Assembly: GCA_049964755.1 (NCBI GenBank)
Contig: JBMFWZ010000004.1
Location: 603 to 64,602, forward strand
Length of the DNA stretch: 64,000 nucleotides
Reading direction: 5' to 3'
Source of the DNA: Steroidobacteraceae bacterium
GTDB taxonomy: Bacteria > Pseudomonadota > Gammaproteobacteria > Steroidobacterales > Steroidobacteraceae
Below, piece after piece: positions 17,463 to 28,531 of this stretch; positions within the stretch are counted from its first letter, which is position 1, and every line of letters starts with the position of its first letter. Below the pieces are notes generated by a model. That model had not been told where the DNA came from and searched no databases. It was given only the letters and a program-made list of their open reading frames with translations. The translations under genes were made by a program, and so were the position numbers.

Positions 17463-18290
17463 ATGAGTGCCCAACGACCCCACCTTCCCCCGCCGAGCGG
17501 ACGGCTGATCAGCCTCGGCATCGCCGTGCTCGTCGCACTGATCCTCGCCGGCGGCGCGTTCGTGCAGATCGGCCCCGGCGAGCGCGGAGTGCTGATGACC
17601 TTCGGGGCGGTGCAGCCCGGCGTGCTCGATCCGGGACTGCACTTGAAGGTGCCGTTCATGCAAAGCGTCGCACACATGAATGTGCAGGTGCAGAATGCTC
17701 AGGACACCGAGACGGCCGCCAGCCTCGATTTGCAGAACGTTTCGACCACCGTCGCGACCAACTGGCACATCCTGCCGGGGGATGCCGAGTGGGTCTACCA
17801 GCACATCGGCAGCGAGCCGCAGCTGATCCGCAAGGTCATTCGCCCGGCGATCAGCAACGCCGTCAAGGCGGTCACCGCCCATTTCAACGCCCAGGACCTC
17901 ATCGTCGAGCGCGACCAGGTCCGCAACCAGATCGAGACTCAGATCCGCACCGCGCTCACGCCCTTTCGGGTGGTGGTCGATGCGGTGAACATCACCGACT
18001 TCCATTTCAGTCGGCAGTTCGCCGCGGCCATCGAGGAGAAGCAGGTGGCGCAGCAGCGCGCGCTGCAGGCCGAGTATGAACTGCAGAAGGCGCGAGTCGT
18101 CGCGCAGCAGCAGGTCGTGGAGGCCACCGCGCGTTCACAGGCGCAGAAGTTGCTGCAGAGCACGCTCACGCCCGAGCTGATTCAGCAGGAAGCGGTCCGC
18201 AAGTGGAACGGCCATCTGCCGCAGGTGGTCGGCGGCCGCGGCGTGCTGCCGATGATTGGCAACGTCACCACGGCGGCGACGGCCCACTAG
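17463..18290 (+). CDS. Prohibitin-family SPFH/Band-7 membrane protein
   Basis: Internal ATG of ORF 17325..18290. N-terminal TM anchor, then IGPGERGVLMTFGAVQPGVLDPGLHLKVPFMQSV..., a coiled-coil region AIEEKQVAQQRALQAEYELQKA, and a WNGHLPQV tail typical of prohibitin homologues. Confidence 0.85.
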   Translation: MSAQRPHLPPPSGRLISLGIAVLVALILAGGAFVQIGPGERGVLMTFGAVQPGVLDPGLHLKVPFMQSVAHMNVQVQNAQDTETAASLDLQNVSTTVATNWHILPGDAEWVYQHIGSEPQLIRKVIRPAISNAVKAVTAHFNAQDLIVERDQVRNQIETQIRTALTPFRVVVDAVNITDFHFSRQFAAAIEEKQVAQQRALQAEYELQKARVVAQQQVVEATARSQAQKLLQSTLTPELIQQEAVRKWNGHLPQVVGGRGVLPMIGNVTTAATAH

Positions 18291-18302
18291 GGATGCGTCG
18301 GT

Positions 18303-18328
18303 GGGTCGGCGGAGCGTTCCGCCGACCC
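18303..18328. terminator. Bidirectional hairpin between the convergent prohibitin gene and gnd
   Basis: gggtcggcgga-gcgt-tccgccgaccc is an 11-bp perfect stem with a 4-nt loop, lying between the two stop codons. Confidence 0.55.
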
Positions 18329-18336
18329 GATCGATC

Positions 18337-19353
18337 TCAGCCTTTGCGCTCCTCGTGGCCACCGAACCCCAGACGCATCGCCGCGAGCACCTTGTCGGCA
18401 AACACGCCCGTGCCACGCGAGGCGAAGCGTGCGTAGAGCGCCGCACTCAACACGTTCGCCGGTACGCCCATGTCGATCGCCGCCTGCACCGTCCAGCGCC
18501 CCTCACCGGAGTCCGACACTCGCCCGGTGAAGCTCGCGAGGGTCGGATCGGCGGCGAGGGCTCGCGCGGTGAGGTCGAGCAGACGCGAGGAAATGATGCT
18601 GCCGTGGCGCCAGACCTCGGTGATGGCCGGGATATCGAATCGGTACTGAAAGCGCCGCGGATGCTCAAGCGGAGCAGTCTCGGCGTCCGGTGACTGCGCC
18701 GCGCGCAAGCCTGCATCGGCGTTCTGCAGGACGCTCAAGCCCTCGGCGTAGGCCGCCATGACGCCGTACTCGATGCCGTTGTGCACCATCTTGACGAAGT
18801 GGCCGGCACCGCTTGGCCCGCAGTACACGTAGCCCATCGGAGCGGTGTCCGCTGCGGTGCGCGCACGGCCGGCGGCCGGCGGGATGCGCCCGCCCGGGGA
18901 CAGCGTGGCGAAGATCGGCTCGAGCTTCTCGAACGTGCTCTTCTCCCCCCCAACCATCAGACAGTACCCCTGCTCGAGGCCGAGCACCCCGCCGCTGGTC
19001 CCGACGTCAAGGTAGTGAATCCCGCCACTGCGCAGCTCATCGGCGCGGCGGATGTCGTCGGAATAATGCGAGTTGCCGCCGTCGACCAGCGTATCCCCGG
19101 GCGCAAGCAGCGGACGCAGCCGTGCGATCACCGTGTCCACCGCCGCCGCCGGCACCATGATCCACACGGCGCGCGGCGCGGGTAGCTGCGCGATGAGGTC
19201 GGCCGCCGAACTCGCCCCGATCGCCCCAACCGCCGCGGCGGCCTGCACCGCCTGCGTGGACTGGTCGTAGGCCACGCACTCGTGACCGTCCTCGATCAGC
19301 CGGCGCACCATGTAGGCGCCCATCCGGCCGAGCCCAATCATGCCTATCCGCAT
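18337..19353 (-). CDS. gnd: 6-phosphogluconate dehydrogenase (decarboxylating), short YqeC-like form
   Basis: Internal Met MRIGMIGLGRMGAYMVRRL (Rossmann GxGxxG) of ORF 18337..19470, with GGNSHY, GTSGG and HFVKMVHNGIEYG motifs. 338 aa. Confidence 0.85.
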   Translation of the reverse strand: MRIGMIGLGRMGAYMVRRLIEDGHECVAYDQSTQAVQAAAAVGAIGASSAADLIAQLPAPRAVWIMVPAAAVDTVIARLRPLLAPGDTLVDGGNSHYSDDIRRADELRSGGIHYLDVGTSGGVLGLEQGYCLMVGGEKSTFEKLEPIFATLSPGGRIPPAAGRARTAADTAPMGYVYCGPSGAGHFVKMVHNGIEYGVMAAYAEGLSVLQNADAGLRAAQSPDAETAPLEHPRRFQYRFDIPAITEVWRHGSIISSRLLDLTARALAADPTLASFTGRVSDSGEGRWTVQAAIDMGVPANVLSAALYARFASRGTGVFADKVLAAMRLGFGGHEERKG

Positions 19354-19402
19354 AATCCCCCCGATCTCATGCTCCGCGGCCGGCGGCGCAGCGCCCGGAC
19401 CG

Positions 19403-20897
<1,495 letters not shown>

Positions 20898-21004
20898 GCA
20901 CCCATATTAATCGACGGGGCCGCACCGTGCTGCCCGAAACCCGGGCCGCGCACGGGTACGGAACGGGCCGGAGGGCATAGGCGGACTTGCTACAATTGCC
21001 GCTC

Positions 21005-22003
21005 ATGAATGCCGCTGCCGAATCCCCCGACGCCACCGACCAGAGCCTGCTGGCCGCTGCACAGCGTGCGCTCTCAATCGAGGCACGGGCCGTCCAGGGG
21101 CTCCTGGCGCGGCTCGACGGGCGCTTCGCGGCCGCCTGCCGCCTGTGCCTGAACTGCCAGGGCCGGGTGGTGGTCACTGGAATCGGCAAGTCCGGCCACG
21201 TGGCGCGCAAGGTCGCCGCCACCCTCGCCAGCACCGGCAGCCCGGCCTTCTTCCTGCATCCGGCCGAGGCCAGCCACGGCGACCTGGGCGTGATCACGCG
21301 CACCGACCTGGTGCTGGCGCTGTCGAATTCGGGGGAGACCCCGGAGGTGCTGCTGCTGCTGCCGCACTTGGCGCGCCTCGGGGTCCCGCTGATCGCCATG
21401 GTCGGCAAACCCGACTCGACTCTCGGCCGCGCCGCCGCGGTGGTGCTCGATGTGAGCGTGCCGGAAGAGGCGTGCCCGCTGAACCTCGCACCGACTGCGA
21501 GCACGACCGCGGCGCTCGCCATGGGCGATGCGCTGGCCGTGGCGGTGTTGGACGCGCGCGGCTTCACCAAGCAGGACTTTGCACGCTCGCATCCCGGCGG
21601 CATGCTCGGGCGGCAGCTGCTGCTGCGGGTCGAGCAGCTGATGCGCACCGGAGCGGCGTTGCCCGAGGTGAGCCCCGAGGCGCCGCTCGGCCTGGGGTTG
21701 CTCGAGATGTCGCGCAAAGGACTCGGCATGACCGTGATCACCGATGCCGAACACCGCATCTGCGGGGTGTTCACCGATGGCGACCTGCGCCGAGCGCTCG
21801 ATCGGCAGATCGATGTGCACCGCGCGACCATGCGCGAGGTGATGACCACGCCGTGCAAGACGATCGGCCCACGGGAACTCGCGGCCGAGGCGGTCCATCA
21901 GATGGAAGTGCACCGCATCACGGCACTTCCGGTCGCCGACGCGCAGGGCCGGCTGATCGGGGCGCTCAACGTACACGACCTGTTCCGCGCCGGCGTCGTA
22001 TGA
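21005..22003 (+). CDS. kdsD: Arabinose-5-phosphate isomerase
   Basis: Internal ATG of ORF 20987..22003. SIS domain (VVVTGIGKSGHVARKVAATLASTGSPAFFLHPAEASHGDLG) plus tandem CBS domains. Confidence 0.9.
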   Translation: MNAAAESPDATDQSLLAAAQRALSIEARAVQGLLARLDGRFAAACRLCLNCQGRVVVTGIGKSGHVARKVAATLASTGSPAFFLHPAEASHGDLGVITRTDLVLALSNSGETPEVLLLLPHLARLGVPLIAMVGKPDSTLGRAAAVVLDVSVPEEACPLNLAPTASTTAALAMGDALAVAVLDARGFTKQDFARSHPGGMLGRQLLLRVEQLMRTGAALPEVSPEAPLGLGLLEMSRKGLGMTVITDAEHRICGVFTDGDLRRALDRQIDVHRATMREVMTTPCKTIGPRELAAEAVHQMEVHRITALPVADAQGRLIGALNVHDLFRAGVV

Positions 22004-22022
22004 GCGGCGAGTCGAGCCATTC

Positions 22023-22520
22023 ATGAGTGCCGATCCGGCCCGGGTACGCGTGTTGATTCTCGACGTCGACGGCGTGCTCACCGACGGGCGGCTCTACTAC
22101 GGCTCGCGCGGCGAGGCACTGAAGGGGTTCCACGTGCGCGACGGGGTGGGACTGAAGGCGCTCGCGGCGGCAGGCGTGACCGTCGCGGTGATCTCCGGGC
22201 GCCGCTCGAGCATGACGCGCCTGCGCTGCAGAGAGCTCGGAATCCGCCATGTGCTGCAGGGCGTCAGCGACAAGGCAGCCGCCCTCGCGCGGCTGTGTGC
22301 GCGGCTGCGCGTGGAGCCGGCCGAGTGCGCCTGCATCGGGGACGACACGCCGGACGTGGCCCTGATGCGCCTCGTCGGCCTGTCCTTTGCGGTGGCCGAC
22401 GCGCACGATGCGGCGCGCTCGGCGGCCAGCGCCGTCACCCGGCTGCCGGGCGGCCTCGGGGCGGTGCGCGAGGTGTGCGACCAGCTGCTCGCCGCCCGCC
22501 GGGGAGCCGAACCGAGGTGA
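22023..22520 (+). CDS. kdsC: 3-deoxy-D-manno-octulosonate 8-phosphate phosphatase
   Basis: 165 aa. The HAD motif LILDVDGVLTDGRLYY and DDTPD are present. Confidence 0.9.
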   Translation: MSADPARVRVLILDVDGVLTDGRLYYGSRGEALKGFHVRDGVGLKALAAAGVTVAVISGRRSSMTRLRCRELGIRHVLQGVSDKAAALARLCARLRVEPAECACIGDDTPDVALMRLVGLSFAVADAHDAARSAASAVTRLPGGLGAVREVCDQLLAARRGAEPR

Positions 22521-23080
22521 TGTACCGCATCTTTGCCGTGCTCACCGTCGCGGCCGTCATCATCGGATCGCTGCTGCTGGCGCGGCAAAACCGTGTGCCG
22601 CAAGCCGCGACGGTACAGCGTTCGGACAGCAGCGAGGGCTACTCGGCCCGCGATGCGCAGTTGATCGAAACCGGCAAGAACGGCCTGCCGCTGTACACCA
22701 TCGACGCCGCCACGATCCGTCAGCTGCCGCGCCGGGACCGGGTGCAGCTGACGCAGGTTGCACTCTCGTTCCAGGATCCGAGCGGCAATCACTGGTCGGC
22801 GACGGCCGAGCGCGGGGCCATCATGCACGGCACGGACCGGGTGCAACTCTCCGGCGACGTGCAGGTGCTTGCGGCCCTGAACGGCTCGCACGCGCCCATT
22901 CGGATCCGTACCGACACGCTGACCTTCGACAGCCGCGCCGATGTGGTCCGCAGCGACGACCCGGTGACTCTCTTGTGGGCCGGACAGACGCTCAATGCCA
23001 CCGGGCTTGCGGTGAACTTGAAGGCCCACCGACTGCATTTAGAATCCAACGTCCATGCCATCGTCACGCTCTCGCATTAG
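22520..23080 (+). CDS. lptC: LPS export system protein LptC
   Basis: The ATG shares its A with the kdsC TGA. N-terminal TM anchor (MYRIFAVLTVAAVIIGSLLL) followed by a beta-jellyroll-like body. Its position between kdsC and lptA supports the call. Confidence 0.75.
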   Translation: MYRIFAVLTVAAVIIGSLLLARQNRVPQAATVQRSDSSEGYSARDAQLIETGKNGLPLYTIDAATIRQLPRRDRVQLTQVALSFQDPSGNHWSATAERGAIMHGTDRVQLSGDVQVLAALNGSHAPIRIRTDTLTFDSRADVVRSDDPVTLLWAGQTLNATGLAVNLKAHRLHLESNVHAIVTLSH

Positions 23081-23759
23081 AACCTGGCTGCTCGGCAGCG
23101 CGCTCTGCAGCCTGGCCGGATCTGTTCTGGCCGCCTCCGCGCCCGGGACTGCCCAGACGACGCCCGCGCGCGCCCAACCCCTGTTCAACGCACACGGGAC
23201 GTATACGTTCGATGCCGGGTCCTCGGAGATCGACTACAAATTGCACACCGGCGCGTTCGACAAGATCACGATCCAGCAGGGCAAGATCACCGTGGTGGCA
23301 GACCGGGCCCACGCGAGCGGCCTGGGCCGACCGGACGGTCAGTGGACGCTCCAGGGCAATGTCCAGGTGCAGGCACCGCCCCATGGGAGCTTGACCTCGG
23401 ACCAGGCCGTCATCGAGATCGCCAACAGCCGCATCACCCGCGTGACCGTGACCGGCGCACCGGCGCAGTTCAGGCAGCAAAGTGCCCAAGGCAGAGTCAC
23501 GCAGGGGCACGCCAACCAGATCATCTACAACGTCACGGCAGGCACGGTGCGTCTGAGCCATGAGGCCTGGGTCGCCGTCGGCCGGGACGAGTTCAGCGGG
23601 CCATCGATTCTCTATAACATCATCCAGGAGCGCATCCAGGCGACCTCGAGCGGCTCGGGCGAGCGAGTGCACATCACCATCGCGCCGCGCAAGTCCTCGC
23701 GCCGCGGGCCACCGCCCGCCCCTCTGGGGACGCCCCCCTCTGCCGGACGGTCCTCCTGA
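23055..23759 (+). CDS. lptA: LPS transport periplasmic protein LptA (OstA-like)
   Basis: 234 aa with a signal peptide, OstA-like repeats ([15 protein letters not shown]...QGNVQV...) and a Pro/Arg-rich tail. It overlaps lptC by 26 nt, so the start is somewhat uncertain. Confidence 0.8.
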   Translation: MPSSRSRIRTWLLGSALCSLAGSVLAASAPGTAQTTPARAQPLFNAHGTYTFDAGSSEIDYKLHTGAFDKITIQQGKITVVADRAHASGLGRPDGQWTLQGNVQVQAPPHGSLTSDQAVIEIANSRITRVTVTGAPAQFRQQSAQGRVTQGHANQIIYNVTAGTVRLSHEAWVAVGRDEFSGPSILYNIIQERIQATSSGSGERVHITIAPRKSSRRGPPPAPLGTPPSAGRSS

Positions 23760-24481
23760 TGTCACTGCGCGCCACCGGCCTTCAGAAGCGCTACGGCTCG
23801 CGTACGGTCCTGCGCGGACTGGACCTCGAGGTCGCCAGCGGCGAGGTGGTGGGACTGCTCGGCCCGAACGGCGCCGGCAAGACCACCGCGTTCTACATGA
23901 TCGTCGGACTCGTCGGCTGCGATGCCGGCAGCATCCAGCTCGGGGAGCGCGACATCACTCGCCTGCCGGTGCATCGACGAGCGCAGCTCGGCCTGGGCTA
24001 TCTGCCTCAGGAAGCCTCGGTGTTCCGCCGCCTGTCGGTTGAGAGCAACGTCCTGGCGATCCTCGAGACCCGCGCGGACCTCGACCGTGCCGCTCGCGAG
24101 CAGCGCCTGGAGGAGCTGCTCGATGAGCTGCGCATCGGGCATGTACGCCGCAGCCTCGGACTGTCGCTCTCCGGGGGCGAGCGACGGCGCGTGGAGATCG
24201 CACGCGCGCTCGCCGCCGAACCGCGCTTCATGCTGCTCGATGAGCCGTTCGCCGGCGTCGATCCGCTCTCGGTACTGGATATCCAGCGCATCATCCGCGA
24301 GCTCACCGAGCGTGGCATCGGGGTGCTGATCACCGACCACAATGTGCGCGAAACGCTAGGGGTGTGCTCGCGCGCGTACATCGTCAATCAGGGAACTGTG
24401 ATCGCTGCCGGAAACGCCGAAGAAATCCTTGCCAATCCCCAGGTCCGTGAGGTGTACTTGGGCGAGTCGTTTCGCTTGTGA
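23759..24481 (+). CDS. lptB: LPS export ABC transporter ATP-binding protein LptB
   Basis: 240 aa. [24 protein letters not shown] and [12 protein letters not shown]. The start shares its A with the lptA stop. Confidence 0.95.
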   Translation: MSLRATGLQKRYGSRTVLRGLDLEVASGEVVGLLGPNGAGKTTAFYMIVGLVGCDAGSIQLGERDITRLPVHRRAQLGLGYLPQEASVFRRLSVESNVLAILETRADLDRAAREQRLEELLDELRIGHVRRSLGLSLSGGERRRVEIARALAAEPRFMLLDEPFAGVDPLSVLDIQRIIRELTERGIGVLITDHNVRETLGVCSRAYIVNQGTVIAAGNAEEILANPQVREVYLGESFRL

Positions 24482-24566
24482 GGTGTCTGCCGGCCCACCG
24501 GCCCCCATCGCAACTCTCCGCCTCATCCGCAGCCCCAGGACAGCCGCGACCGCCCTCCATGCCGCC

Positions 24567-26042
24567 ATGTTAAAACCCTCACTGCAGCTCAAGCTGGGTC
24601 AGCAACTGACCATGACCCCGCAGCTGCAGCAGGCGATCCGGCTTCTGCAGCTGCCGGCACTCGAGCTTCAAGCGCATATCCGCGAACTGCTCGAGACCAA
24701 TGTCATGCTCGAGCCCGTGGATGAGGGCGAGGGCGAAGACGAGAGCGAGCGTGAGCTGCCCGGCGCGGCCGAGGCGGGCGAAGCGGTCCCGCCCGCCGAG
24801 CCGGCTCGGGAGACCGAGGCAGCGACCGACGGGCGCGAGGAGACGGTCGAGGTCCTCGACGAGGACTGGGGCAGCCAGGGTGGCGGATCGGCAGAGTCCA
24901 CCTGGAACGGCGAGGACGACGATCGTCAGCAGGACATCGCCGATGCGGCCGGCCAGTCCCTGCAGGAATACCTGCTCTGGCAGATCGAACTGGCCCGCCT
25001 CGCTCCACGAGAACTCGCCATCGCGCGCGCCATCATCGATGCGGTCAACGATGACGGTTATCTCATCGAGCCGCTTGAGGACATCGCCGAGACTCTCAAG
25101 CCCGACCTCCAGTGCACTTGCGAGGACGTCGAAGCGGTGCTCGGCCGAGTCCAGGCGCTCGATCCGGCCGGGGTGTGCGCCCGCAGCATCGGGGAGTGCA
25201 TCGAGCTGCAGCTGCGCCAGCTCGATCAGTCCACCCCGGGCATGGCCACGGCCATCGCAATTGCGCGTCATCATCTGGAGCGGCTGGCCGGGCGCGACCT
25301 GGCCGCGCTGAAGCGCGAGCTGCACACCAGCGAGGAAGATCTCGCCGAGGCGCTCGCGCTGGTGCGCTCCTGCCATCCACGGCCGGGCGCGACGATCAGT
25401 ACGAGTGCGCCGCAATACGTGGTGCCGGACGTGTTCGTGCGTCGCGGCGATCGCGGCTGGATCGTGGAGATCAACGCCGCAACCCTGCCGCGGGTCCGCC
25501 TCAACCACGGCTACGCCAACCTGCTCGGCCGCAGCGCGAGCCACGCGAGCCTGCGGGCGCAGCTGCAAGAGGCCCGTTGGCTGCTGAAGAGCCTGGAGAT
25601 CCGGCACGAGACGCTGATCAAGGTCGCCCGCTCCATCGTGGAGCGGCAGATTGCCTTCCTCGAGCAGGGCGATGAGCACATGCGCCCGATGATCCTCAAG
25701 GACATCGCCGAGGCGGTCGGGATGCACGAATCGACGATCTCGCGCGTCACCTCCGGCAAGTACATGCACACCCCGCGCGGTGTTTTCGAACTTCGTTACT
25801 TCTTTTCAAGTCAGATAGAAAGTGCGGATGGCTCGGGGACTTCCTCGACGGCCATCCGCGCCAAGATCAGGAAGCTGGTCAAGGAAGAGGAACCGCTCGC
25901 ACCACTGAGCGACGGGCGCATCGCCGAGCTGCTCTCCGCCGAGGGTATCCCGGTGGCGCGACGCACCGTGGCGAAGTACCGCGAAGCGCTCAACATTCCC
26001 TCTTCGGGCGAGCGCAAACGCTCCGGATCAGCCTCGGTCTGA
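24567..26042 (+). CDS. rpoN: RNA polymerase sigma-54 factor
   Basis: Internal ATG of ORF 24429..26042. MLKPSLQLKLGQQLTMTPQLQQAIRLLQL, an acidic region II, and the RpoN box ARRTVAKYRE. Confidence 0.95.
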   Translation: MLKPSLQLKLGQQLTMTPQLQQAIRLLQLPALELQAHIRELLETNVMLEPVDEGEGEDESERELPGAAEAGEAVPPAEPARETEAATDGREETVEVLDEDWGSQGGGSAESTWNGEDDDRQQDIADAAGQSLQEYLLWQIELARLAPRELAIARAIIDAVNDDGYLIEPLEDIAETLKPDLQCTCEDVEAVLGRVQALDPAGVCARSIGECIELQLRQLDQSTPGMATAIAIARHHLERLAGRDLAALKRELHTSEEDLAEALALVRSCHPRPGATISTSAPQYVVPDVFVRRGDRGWIVEINAATLPRVRLNHGYANLLGRSASHASLRAQLQEARWLLKSLEIRHETLIKVARSIVERQIAFLEQGDEHMRPMILKDIAEAVGMHESTISRVTSGKYMHTPRGVFELRYFFSSQIESADGSGTSSTAIRAKIRKLVKEEEPLAPLSDGRIAELLSAEGIPVARRTVAKYREALNIPSSGERKRSGSASV

Positions 26043-26088
26043 ACAACGAATGATCGTCATCGTGCATTTCACGCGATAGGAGATGACT

Positions 26089-26406
26089 ATGCAGCTCACC
26101 GTCACCGGTCACCACATCGAGATCACCCCCGCCCTACGTGGCTACGTGGAGAAGAAACTCGAGCGCATCGAACGGCACTTTGAGCAAGTCATCGACGTGC
26201 ACTGTGTACTCAGCGTGGAGAAGTTGCGCCAGAAGGCCGAGGCGACCCTGCACGTCAGTGGCAACTCGATCCACGCCGACTCCACGGAGGAAAACATGTA
26301 CGCGGCAATCGACCTGCTGGCCGACAAGCTCGACCGATGCGTCAAGAAGCACAAGGAGAAGCTCACCGATCACCACGCGCTCGAGGTGCGCATGCTGCGC
26401 GCCTGA
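26089..26406 (+). CDS. hpf: Ribosome hibernation promoting factor (short HPF)
   Basis: MQLTVTGHHIEITPALRGYVEKKL... closely parallels E. coli HPF. AGGAG lies 6 nt upstream of the ATG at 26089; the track ORF starts two codons earlier. Confidence 0.9.
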   Translation: MQLTVTGHHIEITPALRGYVEKKLERIERHFEQVIDVHCVLSVEKLRQKAEATLHVSGNSIHADSTEENMYAAIDLLADKLDRCVKKHKEKLTDHHALEVRMLRA

Positions 26407-26427
26407 GCGGCGAGGACGGCACACCCC

Positions 26428-27312
26428 GTGCGCATCATCGTCTTGAGCGGGCTGTCGGGTTCGGGCAAGAGCGTGGCGTTGCGCATGCTCGAGGATCTGG
26501 ACTACTACTGCATCGACAACATCCCGGCCGCCCTGCTCAAGCCGTTCATCGCGCACGCGGTGCGCAGTCCCGAACAGACCTACGGGCGCGCAGCGGTGGG
26601 CGTCGATGCGCGCAACAGCGCCGCGGAGATCGCCATCGTGCCGCAGCTGATCGATGAGCTGCGCCGCAGCGGCATCGACTGCGAGGTCATCTTCCTCACG
26701 GCCGCCGACGAGGTGCTGCTGCGCCGCTTCGCCGAGACGCGCCGCACGCACCCGATGGGCCGCGGCAGCCGCGACCTGAGCAGCGCGATCGCACTCGAGC
26801 GGCGGTTGATGGAACCGATCGCCCAAGCAGCGGATCTGGTGATCGACACCTCGCACATGGGCATGCACAAGCTGCGCGACCTGATCGCCGAGCGGCTCGG
26901 CGAGCCGCGTGGCGGGCGGCTGTCGGTGACGTTCGAGTCCTTTGGCTTCAAGCATGGGATTCCGGGCGATGCGGACTTCGTCTTCGATGCCCGCTCGCTT
27001 CCGAACCCCTACTGGGAGCCGGCGCTGCGCGCCCTCACGGGCCGCGACGCACAAGTGATCAGCTTCCTTGAACGCCACTCCCATGTGACGCGCCTGGTGG
27101 ATGACATCGCCACCTTCATCAATGCGCGCATTCCGGAATACCAGGCGAGCAACCGCGGCTATCTCACCGTGGCGATCGGCTGCACCGGCGGGCAGCATCG
27201 ATCGGTCTACATCGTCGAGCGTCTCACGCAACGCTTCGCCGAGACGCACCCGCGCGTACGGGCTCGGCACACCGGGCTGCGCAGCGAGGCGGCGGCCCCG
27301 GAGAGCCGCTGA
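26428..27312 (+). CDS. rapZ: RNase adapter protein RapZ (YhbJ)
   Basis: 294 aa with a GTG start. Contains the Walker A motif GLSGSGKS, DARxLPNPY-like DARSLPNPYW and CTGGQHRSV. Confidence 0.9.
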   Translation: MRIIVLSGLSGSGKSVALRMLEDLDYYCIDNIPAALLKPFIAHAVRSPEQTYGRAAVGVDARNSAAEIAIVPQLIDELRRSGIDCEVIFLTAADEVLLRRFAETRRTHPMGRGSRDLSSAIALERRLMEPIAQAADLVIDTSHMGMHKLRDLIAERLGEPRGGRLSVTFESFGFKHGIPGDADFVFDARSLPNPYWEPALRALTGRDAQVISFLERHSHVTRLVDDIATFINARIPEYQASNRGYLTVAIGCTGGQHRSVYIVERLTQRFAETHPRVRARHTGLRSEAAAPESR

Positions 27313-27315
27313 GGC

Positions 27316-28527
27316 TCAGCCGGAGTGCGCGGCCACGGCCGCAGCGGCCGGCTCCCCGCTCACGAACGCCGTCAGCGGCTCGCGCAGCTGCATCGCATCC
27401 TGGTAGCCCAATTCGATCAGGGCGCGCGTGTACGGCGCCTCGAACGTCAGGTAGCTCGTCAACTGATGGCCGGAGACCTCCGGCCGTCCCCCGAGCACGC
27501 GCAGCAGCGCGCGCAGACCGCGCGGCATGTCTGCGACGTGCCGCGCGACGATGTCGCTCGGGTCGACGCTCGGTGCCATCATGAAGGTTTCGATCGGGCG
27601 CACCGCACGCGTCTGCGGCGCGGCGTGCACCAACTGATTGATGCGCTCGATGTGTTCGAGATCCCCGTACAACTGGTCGGTGAACAGCGTATCGAGCATG
27701 AAGCCGAACACTTCCCCGGGGGTCGGCATCGTCGCCGGTCGGCTCGAGTCGGTGCCCGAGCCCTGCTCGGAGCTCACCCCGATGATGAGCAGTCGGTCCG
27801 CGCCGAGATGGATCGGCGGACTGAGCGGATTGAGCTGGCGCATCGAGCCGTCGCCGAAGAATTCACTGCCGAGCTTCATCGGCGCGAACAGCAGCGGGAT
27901 CGCCACGCTCGCCATGATGTGATCGAGCGTCAGCTCGCTGCGCCGCCCGACGTGCTGCACGCGCGACCACTGCCCGACCTGCGGCGCGGCATCGAAGAAC
28001 GCGACCGATTCACCCGTGGCGTAACTGGTGGCGCAGAGCGCGCAGGCCCGCAGGTGCCCGCGCTCGATGCTGCGGCGAATGCCGCTGATGTCGACTTCGC
28101 GTCCGAGCAGCTCGCGCAGTGGACTGGTATCGAGCAGCGATTTCGGCGGTGCGAGCACCAGGCCGCTCGAGACCAGCGAGAGGATCCAGTGCAGGCCCGA
28201 GCGGACCATGTGGGGTCCGTCGACGTAGAACACCTGCTCGGTGCGGAAATTCGCCCAGACCCGCTCCAGTCCCGCCACGCCCTGGCGCCAGACGTGTGCC
28301 TGCGCGGCGAGGACGCTGGCCGCCACCGCGCCGGCGGAAGTACCGATGATGATCTGGAAGGGATTGCGCGAGCGCGGCAGCATCTGCGCAAGCGCGCGCA
28401 GCACGCCGATTTGGTAGGCCGAACGCGCGCCCCCGCCGGTCAGTACCAGCGCCACGACGGGTCGCCGACGCGCCCCACCCGCAAGCGCGGCCGGCGCGTC
28501 GGCATCGGACCCCGTCAGCGACGCCAC
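27316..28527 (-). CDS. Patatin-like phospholipase (RssA-like)
   Basis: 403 aa. Oxyanion GGGARS, the nucleophile elbow GTSAGA (GxSxG), and DGS (catalytic Asp in FGDGSM). Confidence 0.85.
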   Translation of the reverse strand: MASLTGSDADAPAALAGGARRRPVVALVLTGGGARSAYQIGVLRALAQMLPRSRNPFQIIIGTSAGAVAASVLAAQAHVWRQGVAGLERVWANFRTEQVFYVDGPHMVRSGLHWILSLVSSGLVLAPPKSLLDTSPLRELLGREVDISGIRRSIERGHLRACALCATSYATGESVAFFDAAPQVGQWSRVQHVGRRSELTLDHIMASVAIPLLFAPMKLGSEFFGDGSMRQLNPLSPPIHLGADRLLIIGVSSEQGSGTDSSRPATMPTPGEVFGFMLDTLFTDQLYGDLEHIERINQLVHAAPQTRAVRPIETFMMAPSVDPSDIVARHVADMPRGLRALLRVLGGRPEVSGHQLTSYLTFEAPYTRALIELGYQDAMQLREPLTAFVSGEPAAAAVAAHSG

Positions 28528-28531
28528 GCCC

